Below, piece by piece: positions 1 to 8,531 of a DNA stretch of 64,000 nt. The DNA lies in sequence record OM386654.1. One strand, 5' to 3'. Every line of letters begins with the position of its first letter. The first letter of the stretch is position 1. Made by a program: the position numbers and the translations under genes. The notes under the pieces were generated by a model. That model was not told the origin of the DNA. It was given only the letters and a program-made list of their open reading frames with translations, and ran no database searches. The stretch comes from Escherichia phage vB_EcoM_ESCO9.

Positions 1-947
1 TGGGTTGCCGTAGCTTCTTGTCATACTATGCAACAGAGCAAGGTGAAAAATATGATGGTCGTTTCAACTTAGGCGTAGTTTCTTTAAACTTACCTATCAT
101 TGCAGCAGAGTCCCGTGAAAAGGGCATCTTATTTACTGAACTGTTGGAACAACATATGGAGATGGCGTATAAGGCACATATGCTACGTGTTAACCGTATT
201 AGACATACCAAAGCATCTCAAAACCCTACATTGTTTATGGAAGGGGCTTTAGCTCGACTAGAAGCTAATGAAGAGATTGGTAAACTATTCGAAGGTGGTT
301 ATGCCTCTATTAGTATCGGTTATGTAGGTTTAGCAGAAGCTATGGAGATTTTATACCCAGGTAACACCAATCCAAAAGCAATGGGTAAAAACATCCTTCA
401 ATATATGAAGGATATCTGTGGCACATTTAAAGAACGTTCTGGTTTAGCTTTTAGTTTGTATGGAACACCAGCAGAATCCTTGTGCTATAAATTTGCCAAA
501 GCATTAAATGATCGCTATCCTGGTTCTATTGATCGTGACTACTTGACAAACTCTTTCCATCAACCTGTGTGGATGCACACTACCCCGTTCCAAAAGTGGG
601 ATTATGAGGAAGGTTTTGCACAAATCAGTAATGGTGGGAACATAGGCTATGTAGAAACACCAAACCTTAAAAATAACTTGCAAGCACTGGAAACCCTTGT
701 AGATTATGCCTACAACAAAATTCCTTATTTTGGCGTGAACCAACCTGTAGATCAGTGTTTCAAATGTGGTTTTCATGGTGAATTTAAGGCAACAGCTAAA
801 GGCTTCGAGTGTCCAATTTGTGGCAATCATGAGGAAGAATCTATATCTGTAATCAGAAGAGTGTCAGGATACCTGTCTGCCCCTAACTCTCGCCCTTATA
901 ATAAAGGTAAAATGCAAGAGGTATTAGAAAGGGAGAAACATTTTTGA
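1..947 (+). CDS. nrdD: Anaerobic ribonucleoside-triphosphate reductase NrdD, C-terminal part (gene starts upstream of window)
   Basis: Open frame runs to window start; C-terminal Zn-ribbon CFKCGFHGEF...CPICGN and glycyl-radical loop RVSGYLSAP typical of class III RNR. Confidence 0.85.
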   Translation, partial: GCRSFLSYYATEQGEKYDGRFNLGVVSLNLPIIAAESREKGILFTELLEQHMEMAYKAHMLRVNRIRHTKASQNPTLFMEGALARLEANEEIGKLFEGGYASISIGYVGLAEAMEILYPGNTNPKAMGKNILQYMKDICGTFKERSGLAFSLYGTPAESLCYKFAKALNDRYPGSIDRDYLTNSFHQPVWMHTTPFQKWDYEEGFAQISNGGNIGYVETPNLKNNLQALETLVDYAYNKIPYFGVNQPVDQCFKCGFHGEFKATAKGFECPICGNHEEESISVIRRVSGYLSAPNSRPYNKGKMQEVLEREKHF

Positions 948-1414
948 ATTACGCCGGATATGAACCTGTTGACATGCTCAACGGTGATGGTGTAAGATGC
1001 TCTTTGTGGGTGAGCGGTTGTAGCCACGGTTGCCGTGGCTGCTTTAACCAGAAAGCCTGGTCGTATAACTACGGACAAGAGTTCACTACTGAAACATTAG
1101 ATCTTATCTTGAAAGATTTATCTCGACCTTTCATTAAAGGATTAACAGTTTTAGGTGGTGAACCTCTTGACAAAGAGAACATTGACACTGTAGAGTATGT
1201 TCTTGAGAAGGTAAGAGATTGTTTTGGAAACAAAAAAGATATTGTCTTATATACAGGATATCTTTTTGAAGAAATTCCAGAAAAAATTAAAAAACTGGTT
1301 GACATAGTGATAGATGGTAAGTATGATATGAATCAACCAACAACGAAACGTTATAGAGGCTCAGATAATCAACGAATGTGGGTTAAGAAAGACAACATTT
1401 GGGAATCTGACTAA
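944..1414 (+). CDS. nrdG: Anaerobic RNR activating protein NrdG (radical SAM)
   Basis: N-terminus MNYAGYEPVDMLNGDGVRCSLWVSGCSHGCRGCFN matches NrdG pattern with CxxxCxxC cluster; TTG start overlaps nrdD stop, GGGAG RBS upstream. Confidence 0.8.
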   Translation: MNYAGYEPVDMLNGDGVRCSLWVSGCSHGCRGCFNQKAWSYNYGQEFTTETLDLILKDLSRPFIKGLTVLGGEPLDKENIDTVEYVLEKVRDCFGNKKDIVLYTGYLFEEIPEKIKKLVDIVIDGKYDMNQPTTKRYRGSDNQRMWVKKDNIWESD

Positions 1415-1434
1415 ATTAAATAGAGGAGAAAACT

Positions 1435-2595
1435 ATGTTTACAGTATTCGGCAATCAAATCTTTCTGCGTCAGAAATCTGGTACAGATATTGAAGAAATT
1501 CCAGCAGGAACTTTTGGTGTAGGTGTTACTCAAAGTGGTGAGTTCTTCCTGTATCCTAAAAACGATATGGAAGTCCCTTCAGTAACATACGGTGATACTG
1601 ATGATAAATCAGAACGTATTATCAAAACGTTCCTTAGCCGCAAAGGTAAAAACACAGGTGTTCTCCTTGAAGGTACGAAAGGTAGCGGTAAAACTTTGCA
1701 AGCTAAAATGCTGTCTTCTGCTCTTCGTGAAATGGGTATTCCTACTATTTCTATCGGTAGTGCTTTTAATGGTGAAGGCTTTATCAATTTTATGTCTAAA
1801 ATCACACAACCTGTGATGATTATGATCGATGAATTTGATAAACTGTATGCTGAAAAAGATGCACAAGATGGTTTGCTTACCCTGCTGGATGGTGTTGGTG
1901 GCTACGACAAACTGTTTGTATTGACTAAAAATGATGGTTATGTATCAGAATTTTTGCGTAATCGTCCTAGCCGTATTTTCTACAGTTTTAGCTATAAGAA
2001 ACTACCTAAAGCTACTATGGATGATTATCTGGCTAAAAATCTGGAGAACAAAGCCTTCTTACCAGATTTTGAAACGCTTTATAATCTCTCCGTGGATTTG
2101 AACTTTGATATTGTTCAGTCATTAGTAGAAGAACTTAACCGTTACCCTAATGACAAATTCTCTGATGCACTTGCATTGATGGGTATCAGTATTACTGAAC
2201 ACCGCTATGCTGCAAAAGAGGTTAAACTTCTGAAAGTTAACGGTGTAGATCGTACAGGAGATGTTTCGTCAGATACCGATATTGACGGTATGACAGCACA
2301 AGGTTTGTTTAGCGGTAATCGTTATGTTGTAGCTGTAGACCATAAACTAGGTGAAGAGCATCTTCCTGAAATGGAAGGGATTGTTACCGTAGAAGATAAA
2401 GATGAAGAAGGTGATTACTACTGGGGTGTAGACCGTATCTTGCTAACGTATGATGAAAAACACATTCGTACAATGGGTGGTGACGGCTATCACTTTATGT
2501 TCACCGATGATAAAGGTAACAACATTGAAGTTGTTATTAAAAACAAAGAACGTAAAAACTACACAGAGTATGTGTTTGGTGGTCGTTCTTACTAA
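1435..2595 (+). CDS. P-loop ATPase (AAA-like), function unknown
   Basis: Walker A GTKGSGKT and Walker B-like MIMIDEFD; RBS GAGGAG; followed by GAAA-loop hairpin. Confidence 0.5.
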   Translation: MFTVFGNQIFLRQKSGTDIEEIPAGTFGVGVTQSGEFFLYPKNDMEVPSVTYGDTDDKSERIIKTFLSRKGKNTGVLLEGTKGSGKTLQAKMLSSALREMGIPTISIGSAFNGEGFINFMSKITQPVMIMIDEFDKLYAEKDAQDGLLTLLDGVGGYDKLFVLTKNDGYVSEFLRNRPSRIFYSFSYKKLPKATMDDYLAKNLENKAFLPDFETLYNLSVDLNFDIVQSLVEELNRYPNDKFSDALALMGISITEHRYAAKEVKLLKVNGVDRTGDVSSDTDIDGMTAQGLFSGNRYVVAVDHKLGEEHLPEMEGIVTVEDKDEEGDYYWGVDRILLTYDEKHIRTMGGDGYHFMFTDDKGNNIEVVIKNKERKNYTEYVFGGRSY

Positions 2596-2603
2596 GTGAT
2601 AAA

Positions 2604-2628
2604 AGGAGGCGAAAGCCTCCTTTATTTA
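2604..2628 (+). terminator. Stem-loop (AGGAGGC-GAAA-GCCTCCT) followed by T-rich run
   Basis: Perfect 7-bp stem, GNRA-type loop, TTATTTAT downstream of ATPase stop. Confidence 0.45.
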
Positions 2629-2629
2629 T

Positions 2630-2833
2630 ATGGAGGGTATTATGGATCATTATTTTGTTTTTAAAGATAAAGTTGATACCGCAGGTGGTCACGTTGCTAA
2701 AAATGATCGTGACATTAAAGAAGTATTAGGAGATCTGATTAACATTTTAGAACAAAAAGAGTTGCTTTTAGATAAGGATATTGCTAGACTTCTTGGTGTG
2801 GGGATAAGTGACATACAAAGATTACCATTCTAA
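2630..2833 (+). CDS. Hypothetical protein (67 aa)
   Basis: ORF in co-directional gene array; no recognisable motif. Confidence 0.3.
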   Translation: MEGIMDHYFVFKDKVDTAGGHVAKNDRDIKEVLGDLINILEQKELLLDKDIARLLGVGISDIQRLPF

Positions 2834-2845
2834 AGGGGGAAGAAA

Positions 2846-3001
2846 ATGCTTACAGATGATGAATATAAAGCTATCCAAGAAAAACTAACGGAGCTTGAAA
2901 TTCTTGCTGTCAATATTAAAGATCAATCACATGCTGGAAAGTTACTACATCAAGAGATCAATAAAATTAAGCAGATGATATTCTTTTGGACGGAGGATTA
3001 A
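2846..3001 (+). CDS. Small hypothetical protein (51 aa), not in ORF track
   Basis: ATG preceded by strong RBS AAGGGGGAAG; fills otherwise empty gap; stop overlaps next gene region. Confidence 0.3.
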   Translation: MLTDDEYKAIQEKLTELEILAVNIKDQSHAGKLLHQEINKIKQMIFFWTED

Positions 3002-3003
3002 AA

Positions 3004-3660
3004 ATGACTGTTAAGCATATTTCTTTTGATGTATGGAATACTCTTATTACTGCTAATCCTTTGTATGCAGAAGAACGCAACAAGGTTATTGCCGAGTATG
3101 CCTCTTGTTCTGAGGCAGAAGCAGCTACTGTTTATAAAGAGGTAAAAACTCTCTTAGATTTAAAAGCAGAAAAAGGCATTTGTGGAACGTCTAAGGATGC
3201 TTGGGTAACACTTTCTACTCGTTTGAACATTGATCTTGACAAAGTGGATGGGTTAAAAAGAGATTGTTTGGCAATGTTTATAAAACATCCTCCAACATTG
3301 AATCCTGAACTTTGCAAGAAGTTGGAAGAGCTAAGTTCAACCTACTCTTTGAGTATTAAGAGCAATACTAATTTTGTACCAGGTAGTTTCTTAGCTGTAT
3401 ATTCTGGTTTAACAAAATTACCATTCGACTTTATGCATTTTTCTGACGAGTTTTGCTTGTGTAAACCAGATCCTAGGTTTTTTAAACTCTCTTTTGATGA
3501 AATGGTGACGTTTGATCTCGCACCAGAGGAGATTTTACACGTTGGAGATAGTTTGATTTATGATGGAAAAGCTGTTGACATAGGGATGAAGTTCTGTCAT
3601 ATTATTAATCCAGAAGACTTGTTGGCTAAACTTAAAAAAGAGGAACTTATTAATGCGTAA
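3004..3660 (+). CDS. HAD-superfamily hydrolase/phosphatase-like protein
   Basis: FDVWNTL N-terminal motif, CKPDPRFF (HAD motif III KP-D-P) and GDSLIYD (motif IV); RBS GGAGG. Confidence 0.6.
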   Translation: MTVKHISFDVWNTLITANPLYAEERNKVIAEYASCSEAEAATVYKEVKTLLDLKAEKGICGTSKDAWVTLSTRLNIDLDKVDGLKRDCLAMFIKHPPTLNPELCKKLEELSSTYSLSIKSNTNFVPGSFLAVYSGLTKLPFDFMHFSDEFCLCKPDPRFFKLSFDEMVTFDLAPEEILHVGDSLIYDGKAVDIGMKFCHIINPEDLLAKLKKEELINA

Positions 3661-4510
3661 TCAAATTCAACATTTTGCTAATACTTTTACTAACCTGAAG
3701 GAAGCAAAATTTAACATTGCAGATTATTCCAAACTAAAGTTTGGTAGTAACCAGGCAGCAAAAAGAATGGGGCGCATTCTGGCTGAAAGTTTCTTTTCTA
3801 AGTATGAAGAACGACTGGTAAATGAAAGTTTTGTTGTTATTCCATCTCCATATAACTATGTGAAAAATGCAGCTACAGTGTTATCTGAACATTTTGTAGA
3901 TCACCTCAACTACCTAATCTCTATCAAAGGTGGTAAACCAGTGGAGTGGGATATCGTTCATCGTAAAGTGAGCTATATCAATGATTATGGATTTCTTAGC
4001 AAAGAAGATCGTAAGGCTTTGATCGATGGTGACACTTTCTCTATCAATCGTGATTTCTGGGGTAATAAAACTCTGATTTTCATTGATGATGTTAATATTA
4101 CAGGAACGCACGAAGAAAAACTTATTGAAATTTTAGACAAAGAAGGTGTTGAAAACGATACGTTTTTCCTGTACTTTGCAAAGTATGAAGGTACAGAAGC
4201 CAACACCGAAGCTGCACTTAACTTCAACTATATCAATAACCTGGCAGCTTTTATTAAGATGATTAAGCAAGAAACTGATGCTAAATGTTTGGTTCGTCCT
4301 ATTAAGTATCTAATGAGTCAAAGCGAAGTTGATTTTAAAATTGCACTTTCACAGCTTCCTTTGTATTATGTAGAACAACTGTTCTTTGGTTGCCTTGCAG
4401 AAGGCTACAATAACATTGAAAAATATAAAGAGAACTTTGATTTTCTACGTCAATTTTTTGAAAGCAACATTATCAATAAATCTAATGTTAAAGGGGATTA
4501 TTATGTCTAA
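3653..4510 (+). CDS. Phosphoribosyltransferase (PRTase)-domain protein
   Basis: PRPP-binding type motif LIFIDDVNITGTHEE; start overlaps HAD stop (translational coupling). Confidence 0.55.
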   Translation: MRNQIQHFANTFTNLKEAKFNIADYSKLKFGSNQAAKRMGRILAESFFSKYEERLVNESFVVIPSPYNYVKNAATVLSEHFVDHLNYLISIKGGKPVEWDIVHRKVSYINDYGFLSKEDRKALIDGDTFSINRDFWGNKTLIFIDDVNITGTHEEKLIEILDKEGVENDTFFLYFAKYEGTEANTEAALNFNYINNLAAFIKMIKQETDAKCLVRPIKYLMSQSEVDFKIALSQLPLYYVEQLFFGCLAEGYNNIEKYKENFDFLRQFFESNIINKSNVKGDYYV

Positions 4511-5219
4511 TAAAGTAATGACTTTCGGAGATCCTATCACCAATATTACAGAAAAAGATTTTGGGCGTGTAGCAACAGATAAAGATGGTGTCTTAAGAAT
4601 TCGTGTACAAGGTATTACAGCACAGGATGAATATGCTGTGTATGTTTCAGGTCTTAACTATATTGATGATCGCATTACACAAAACTTTGCACTGATCGGT
4701 GGTGTAGAGAAAATGTACTGGGAAGATGAAATTGTAACAAGTTATCCAGCAGGTATCATTGAGGTATACGGTGATCTTTTAGCAGCAGCCGAGAGAGGCG
4801 ATATAGACGCTATAGCACACTGCTGTAACTGTTTTTGCACTATGGGTAGTGGTATTGCACCAAAAATTAAAAGTAAGTGGCCTGGGGCGTTTAAAGCAGA
4901 CTGTGCCACTAAACGTGGTGATTATAAAAAATTAGGTACGTTTACCAAGTATACAGAAAACAATTTGACAATTTATAATTTATATGGACAATATGGTTAT
5001 AGTCGTCGTGAGGAAGGCAAGCGTGACCTGAATTATGAAGCTATCTATAATGCGTTAGATAGTATGGGAGACGATGTTGTATCTTCAGGCGGTAAAATTG
5101 TAGGTTTACCAATGCTTGGTTGTGGTTTGGCTGGAGGTTCTTGGAATATTGTAAAACTTATGATCGAAGAAACTCTAGTAAACAAAGGTTTAAATGTAAT
5201 TGTTTACAAACTGAAATAA
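4503..5219 (+). CDS. Macro-domain-like protein (ADP-ribose binding/processing)
   Basis: DAIAHCCNC...GSGIA and LPMLGCGLAGG resemble macro-domain phosphate-binding loops; start ATG 4503 overlaps PRTase stop; RBS AAAGGGGA. Confidence 0.45.
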   Translation: MSNKVMTFGDPITNITEKDFGRVATDKDGVLRIRVQGITAQDEYAVYVSGLNYIDDRITQNFALIGGVEKMYWEDEIVTSYPAGIIEVYGDLLAAAERGDIDAIAHCCNCFCTMGSGIAPKIKSKWPGAFKADCATKRGDYKKLGTFTKYTENNLTIYNLYGQYGYSRREEGKRDLNYEAIYNALDSMGDDVVSSGGKIVGLPMLGCGLAGGSWNIVKLMIEETLVNKGLNVIVYKLK

Positions 5220-5228
5220 GGAGAAAGT

Positions 5229-5435
5229 ATGGCAGGTGTTTTAGCAGTATTAGGTTGTTTTATTGTTGTGTTCTTGATTGTGTTAATCCCTAGTTGGCTA
5301 CTGCTTTTAGCATACAATTATATGATTGACATTATCGGCTTAGACTGGCATCATGTTCCTGTAACGTTTTGGAGTGTAGTCTGTGTGACGTTCATTCTTG
5401 CGGTACTCCGTGGTATCTTTCAATCTAACAAATAA
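5229..5435 (+). CDS. Small membrane protein (68 aa, 2 predicted TM helices)
   Basis: Hydrophobic stretches VLAVLGCFIVVFLIVLIPSWLLLLAY and VTFWSVVCVTFILAVL; RBS AAGGAGAAAG. Confidence 0.4.
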   Translation: MAGVLAVLGCFIVVFLIVLIPSWLLLLAYNYMIDIIGLDWHHVPVTFWSVVCVTFILAVLRGIFQSNK

Positions 5436-5449
5436 GAGAGGATCTTTAT

Positions 5450-5698
5450 ATGCGTAAAGTAAATGTTGAAGTGCTTGAAAAATTTATAAACACCCGTGAT
5501 TGTACTATCGGCAAGGTTTACGAGGCTATTCTCATTGAAGATGGGGATGAAGTTCCTGCCCCGTATCATGCCTTTAACGGTCAGGTTAGCAAAGTGGAAG
5601 GTGGTCTTGCTATTTGCTTTATTGATGATGTAGGTGATGCTGTAGCTTTCCCTATCATTAACAAAGAAGATAAACTTAAAATTACAGAACTGAACTAG
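5450..5698 (+). CDS. Hypothetical protein (82 aa)
   Basis: ORF with RBS GAGAGGATC upstream; no recognised motif. Confidence 0.4.
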   Translation: MRKVNVEVLEKFINTRDCTIGKVYEAILIEDGDEVPAPYHAFNGQVSKVEGGLAICFIDDVGDAVAFPIINKEDKLKITELN

Positions 5699-5726
5699 TT
5701 GACTTTCTTTAAAAACAGTTTATAGT
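5699..5726 (+). promoter_or_regulatory. Sigma70-like promoter candidate (TTGACT-16-TATAGT) upstream of terC-like gene
   Basis: Near-consensus -35 and -10 hexamers with 16-nt spacer. Confidence 0.35.
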
Positions 5727-5738
5727 ATAAGATATAGA

Positions 5739-5757
5739 GCGGAGGATTGTCCTCCGC
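5739..5757 (+). other. Stem-loop in putative 5' UTR of terC-like gene (GCGGAGG-ATTGT-CCTCCGC), no U-tract
   Basis: Perfect 7-bp inverted repeat between promoter candidate and RBS GAGGAG. Confidence 0.35.
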
Positions 5758-5775
5758 ATTAAAGAGGAGATAAGA

Positions 5776-6753
5776 ATGCAACTGGGTTTCCCAATTATTG
5801 ATGTGGTTGTTTTAGTGGGTATTTTAGTGTTGTCGATTTGTATTGATTTCTTTGGCCACAGAGAAAACAAAGAAATTTCATTTAAATCTGCAATTGGTTG
5901 GTCAATTTTTTGGATTGGGGTATCATTAGCCTACTATGGTTTTGTATACTTCCAGCACGGTGCTGATTTTGCGAGCTTGTTCTTGAGTGGGTATGTGTTG
6001 GAGAAATCTCTTTCTGTAGATAACTTAGTAGTATTTGTGGCAGTATTCGCAAGTTTTGGTATTAAAAGCACACACTTGCAACACAAGATTCTACTTTGGG
6101 GTATTGCAGGTGCGATTGTCTTCCGAGGTGTGTTTGTAGCAGTAGGCACTTACTTGTTGAGTTTGGGTTGGTATGTTAATATCTTCTTCGGTGCTGTCAT
6201 CCTTTTCTGTGCGGCTAAAATGGTATTCGCTGGAGATAATGATGCAGAAGTTGATTACTCTAAACACTGGGCTACTCGCATTGTTCGTAAGCTGTTCCCT
6301 GTATCTGATCAGATGGATGGTGAGAAGTTCTTCACAATCAAAAATGGTGTTCGTGTAGCAACTCCGGCTCTGGTTTGTGTGTTTGTAATGGAAATGGTTG
6401 ACGTAATCTTTGCAGTAGACTCTGTTCCAGCAGTAATTGCAGTGACACAAGAACCTCTGCTGGTGTTCTCTTCGATGCTCTGTGCAATCTTAGGTTTACG
6501 TGCTCTGTTCTTTGTTCTTAGTGTTGCACTGAAGTATTTGGTTCATCTGGAGAAAGCAGTTATCGTAGTCCTGGTATTTGTGGGTGTAAAACTGATGTAT
6601 CATCCGTTTGCAGAAACTCTGCACGCAAAAGTGAGTTTCCTGCCAGCACACATTGATCCGACGATCAGTATGTATATTGTGTTAGGTACTCTTGGGTTGG
6701 GTGTTATTGCAAGTTTAATCTTCCCTGAAAAAGAAGACCAGACTGTTGCTTAA
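5776..6753 (+). CDS. terC: TerC-family integral membrane protein
   Basis: Multi-TM protein with duplicated TerC signature: LEKSLSVDNLVVFVAVF and EMVDVIFAVDSVPAVIAVT. Confidence 0.8.
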   Translation: MQLGFPIIDVVVLVGILVLSICIDFFGHRENKEISFKSAIGWSIFWIGVSLAYYGFVYFQHGADFASLFLSGYVLEKSLSVDNLVVFVAVFASFGIKSTHLQHKILLWGIAGAIVFRGVFVAVGTYLLSLGWYVNIFFGAVILFCAAKMVFAGDNDAEVDYSKHWATRIVRKLFPVSDQMDGEKFFTIKNGVRVATPALVCVFVMEMVDVIFAVDSVPAVIAVTQEPLLVFSSMLCAILGLRALFFVLSVALKYLVHLEKAVIVVLVFVGVKLMYHPFAETLHAKVSFLPAHIDPTISMYIVLGTLGLGVIASLIFPEKEDQTVA

Positions 6754-6760
6754 TTCATTA

Positions 6761-6782
6761 AGCCCCTTCGGGGGCTTTGTTG
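6761..6782 (+). terminator. Intrinsic terminator (AGCCCC-TTCG-GGGGCT + T-run)
   Basis: UUCG tetraloop hairpin followed by TTTGTTG just after terC-like stop. Confidence 0.5.
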
Positions 6783-6985
6783 AGGTGATCTGATGGTAGT
6801 TTTACGTGTTCTTTGGATTCTGTTTGAAAATATTTGTTTTGCTTTAGGGTTATTTTGTTTGATTTTTATCTTGACAACATACATTGATAACCATACAATT
6901 ACTATCAACAGGAACGGAGAACAGATGTATTGTTTCTCTAGGGATTTTAAAAATTGTGTTGAGACTTTAAATGAGAGGGTTACAA

Positions 6986-7576
6986 ATGAAAAACATTAAA
7001 TCTTTTATTGTTGCAGTTGTTTTAGGTAGTGCATTGCTGGTAGGTTGTGATGATTCTGAAAATGTACAAAATCAACGTTACCAACAAACACCAAATCAGA
7101 TGGTAGATGAACAATATGTAAATCAGCCTGCACCTCAAGTTGTTCAAGCAGCACCTGCACAACCTTCAACAGTTGTTGTGCAAGGAGGCGGCAGTGGTTC
7201 TTCTGGTGTAGGTGAGTTTGCTACAGGTATGCTTCTTGGTCATATGTTGAGTGGTAATAGTGGCGGTGGTGGTTATAGAGATGGTGGTAGCAGCACAACA
7301 ATTATTAATAACAACGCTGCTCCTACAACTAACAGTAAAGCATATACAACACAAAAGCATAGTTTTTATGATAAACAAGGAAATACATATACAACCACTA
7401 AACAAAACACAATTAAGCAGCAAAGTGTACAAACGTATTCACGCCCATCAACAACAAAAGTGAATAGTGATTACTCTGCTCGTAAGTCTTACTCAAGCCC
7501 TATTAGCTCTTATAGTAAGTCTTCGAAAAGTTATTCTTCGTCGAAACGTAGTTTTAGTAGCTCACGTCGTCGTTAA
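6986..7576 (+). CDS. Putative lipoprotein, Gly/Ser/Thr-rich
   Basis: Signal peptide with lipobox LLVGC; low-complexity S/T/G-rich mature region; RBS GAGAGG. Confidence 0.5.
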   Translation: MKNIKSFIVAVVLGSALLVGCDDSENVQNQRYQQTPNQMVDEQYVNQPAPQVVQAAPAQPSTVVVQGGGSGSSGVGEFATGMLLGHMLSGNSGGGGYRDGGSSTTIINNNAAPTTNSKAYTTQKHSFYDKQGNTYTTTKQNTIKQQSVQTYSRPSTTKVNSDYSARKSYSSPISSYSKSSKSYSSSKRSFSSSRRR

Positions 7577-7611
7577 TAATTTAATACAGATTAAATAAGA
7601 AGGAGAAACAG

Positions 7612-8463
7612 ATGAAACTAGAAGTTGGTAAAGTATATCGCCTGGAAGGTTGGATCTTTAATCAAGAAATCCTTGAGAAGAATAAAGATGGTTTTGAGTT
7701 TGTTGGTACTACCAAGGAAAGTATGCACGATGACGAATACTGTAAATTCGTTGGTAAAAATACAGGTCAAGAACAATTTTGCTTTAAGAGCGCAATCGGG
7801 GACTATGCTTCTGTAATGCCAACACCAGAAAAGACTTCGAAGCAATATACTGTCTTTGGTGTAAAACTTGAAGAACTTGTAGAACACCCACGTTTTGAAG
7901 AGTTCAAGGTTGCTGCAATGCGCAAGCATTCTGAAATTAAAATACATAATTTGTTTGATTTAGAAGATCGGTTTGATATCTTTATGTATGATCGCAGGGA
8001 AAAGCATTTTGATGCAACGACTTCAAAATTTGCTGCAACAGAGGATATTAAAATCCTTGATGTTGATACCTTTCTTGAGAGTGTATCGTTTGTATTCATT
8101 CCTAAATACAAAAAACGTAGTGATCATAAACGTGTGAAAGGAACTCCTCGTAAGAAACGTACTGTAAACAAAGCAACTTTGCACTTCACTTCTGGTGATA
8201 AATATACTCTCAAAGGGTTTGAAAGTGTTTTATATGATGCTGGAACAGGTAATATCAAGTTTATCATTAAGGCAACCTACAAAGGTACGGTATTGCACGA
8301 AGAGGCTGTTACACTACCTGTATTCGATATCTCTCGTGTTGAGGTACGGGGTGTTAAAGAGTCCTTCGATCTGGATTTCTTAACTACTAATGCTACTGGT
8401 TATGTTAATCTGGAAGCAGATGGAGCATTTATTACTACAAATTATTTAGATATGTTTGTTTAA
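7612..8463 (+). CDS. Hypothetical protein (283 aa)
   Basis: Long ORF with RBS AAGGAGAAA; no motif recognised. Confidence 0.45.
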   Translation: MKLEVGKVYRLEGWIFNQEILEKNKDGFEFVGTTKESMHDDEYCKFVGKNTGQEQFCFKSAIGDYASVMPTPEKTSKQYTVFGVKLEELVEHPRFEEFKVAAMRKHSEIKIHNLFDLEDRFDIFMYDRREKHFDATTSKFAATEDIKILDVDTFLESVSFVFIPKYKKRSDHKRVKGTPRKKRTVNKATLHFTSGDKYTLKGFESVLYDAGTGNIKFIIKATYKGTVLHEEAVTLPVFDISRVEVRGVKESFDLDFLTTNATGYVNLEADGAFITTNYLDMFV

Positions 8464-8531
8464 TACTTAATTTGTGTTATGATGGTGGTACAGAGGTATC
8501 ACCATCTACTAAAGAATATGGAGGAAATTGA

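Noticed and set aside
504-830. Minus-strand ORF (108 aa) inside nrdD, and similar antisense ORFs inside other confidently assigned genes (e.g. 1609-1866, 6091-6450, 7618-7947, 10189-10452, 11626-12372, 20932-21228, 40314-40544, 41056-41379, 47233-47571, 55236-55511, 56819-57277)
   Set aside because: They lie entirely within longer ORFs on the opposite strand that have recognisable motifs and/or RBSs, have odd composition, and lack their own RBS. Most likely spurious overlapping frames.
3653-4510. Possibility that the PRTase is a phage NAD+ salvage enzyme (nicotinamide phosphoribosyltransferase-type) countering NAD-depleting defences
   Set aside because: At ~285 aa with a simple type-I PRTase motif it is considerably shorter than nicotinamide phosphoribosyltransferases as I recall them, and no NMN adenylyltransferase-like partner was recognised; left as a generic PRTase.
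6793-6999. 68-aa hydrophobic ORF upstream of the lipoprotein gene
   Set aside because: Overlaps the RBS and start of the better-supported lipoprotein gene (6986) and has no convincing RBS; kept only as a possibility.
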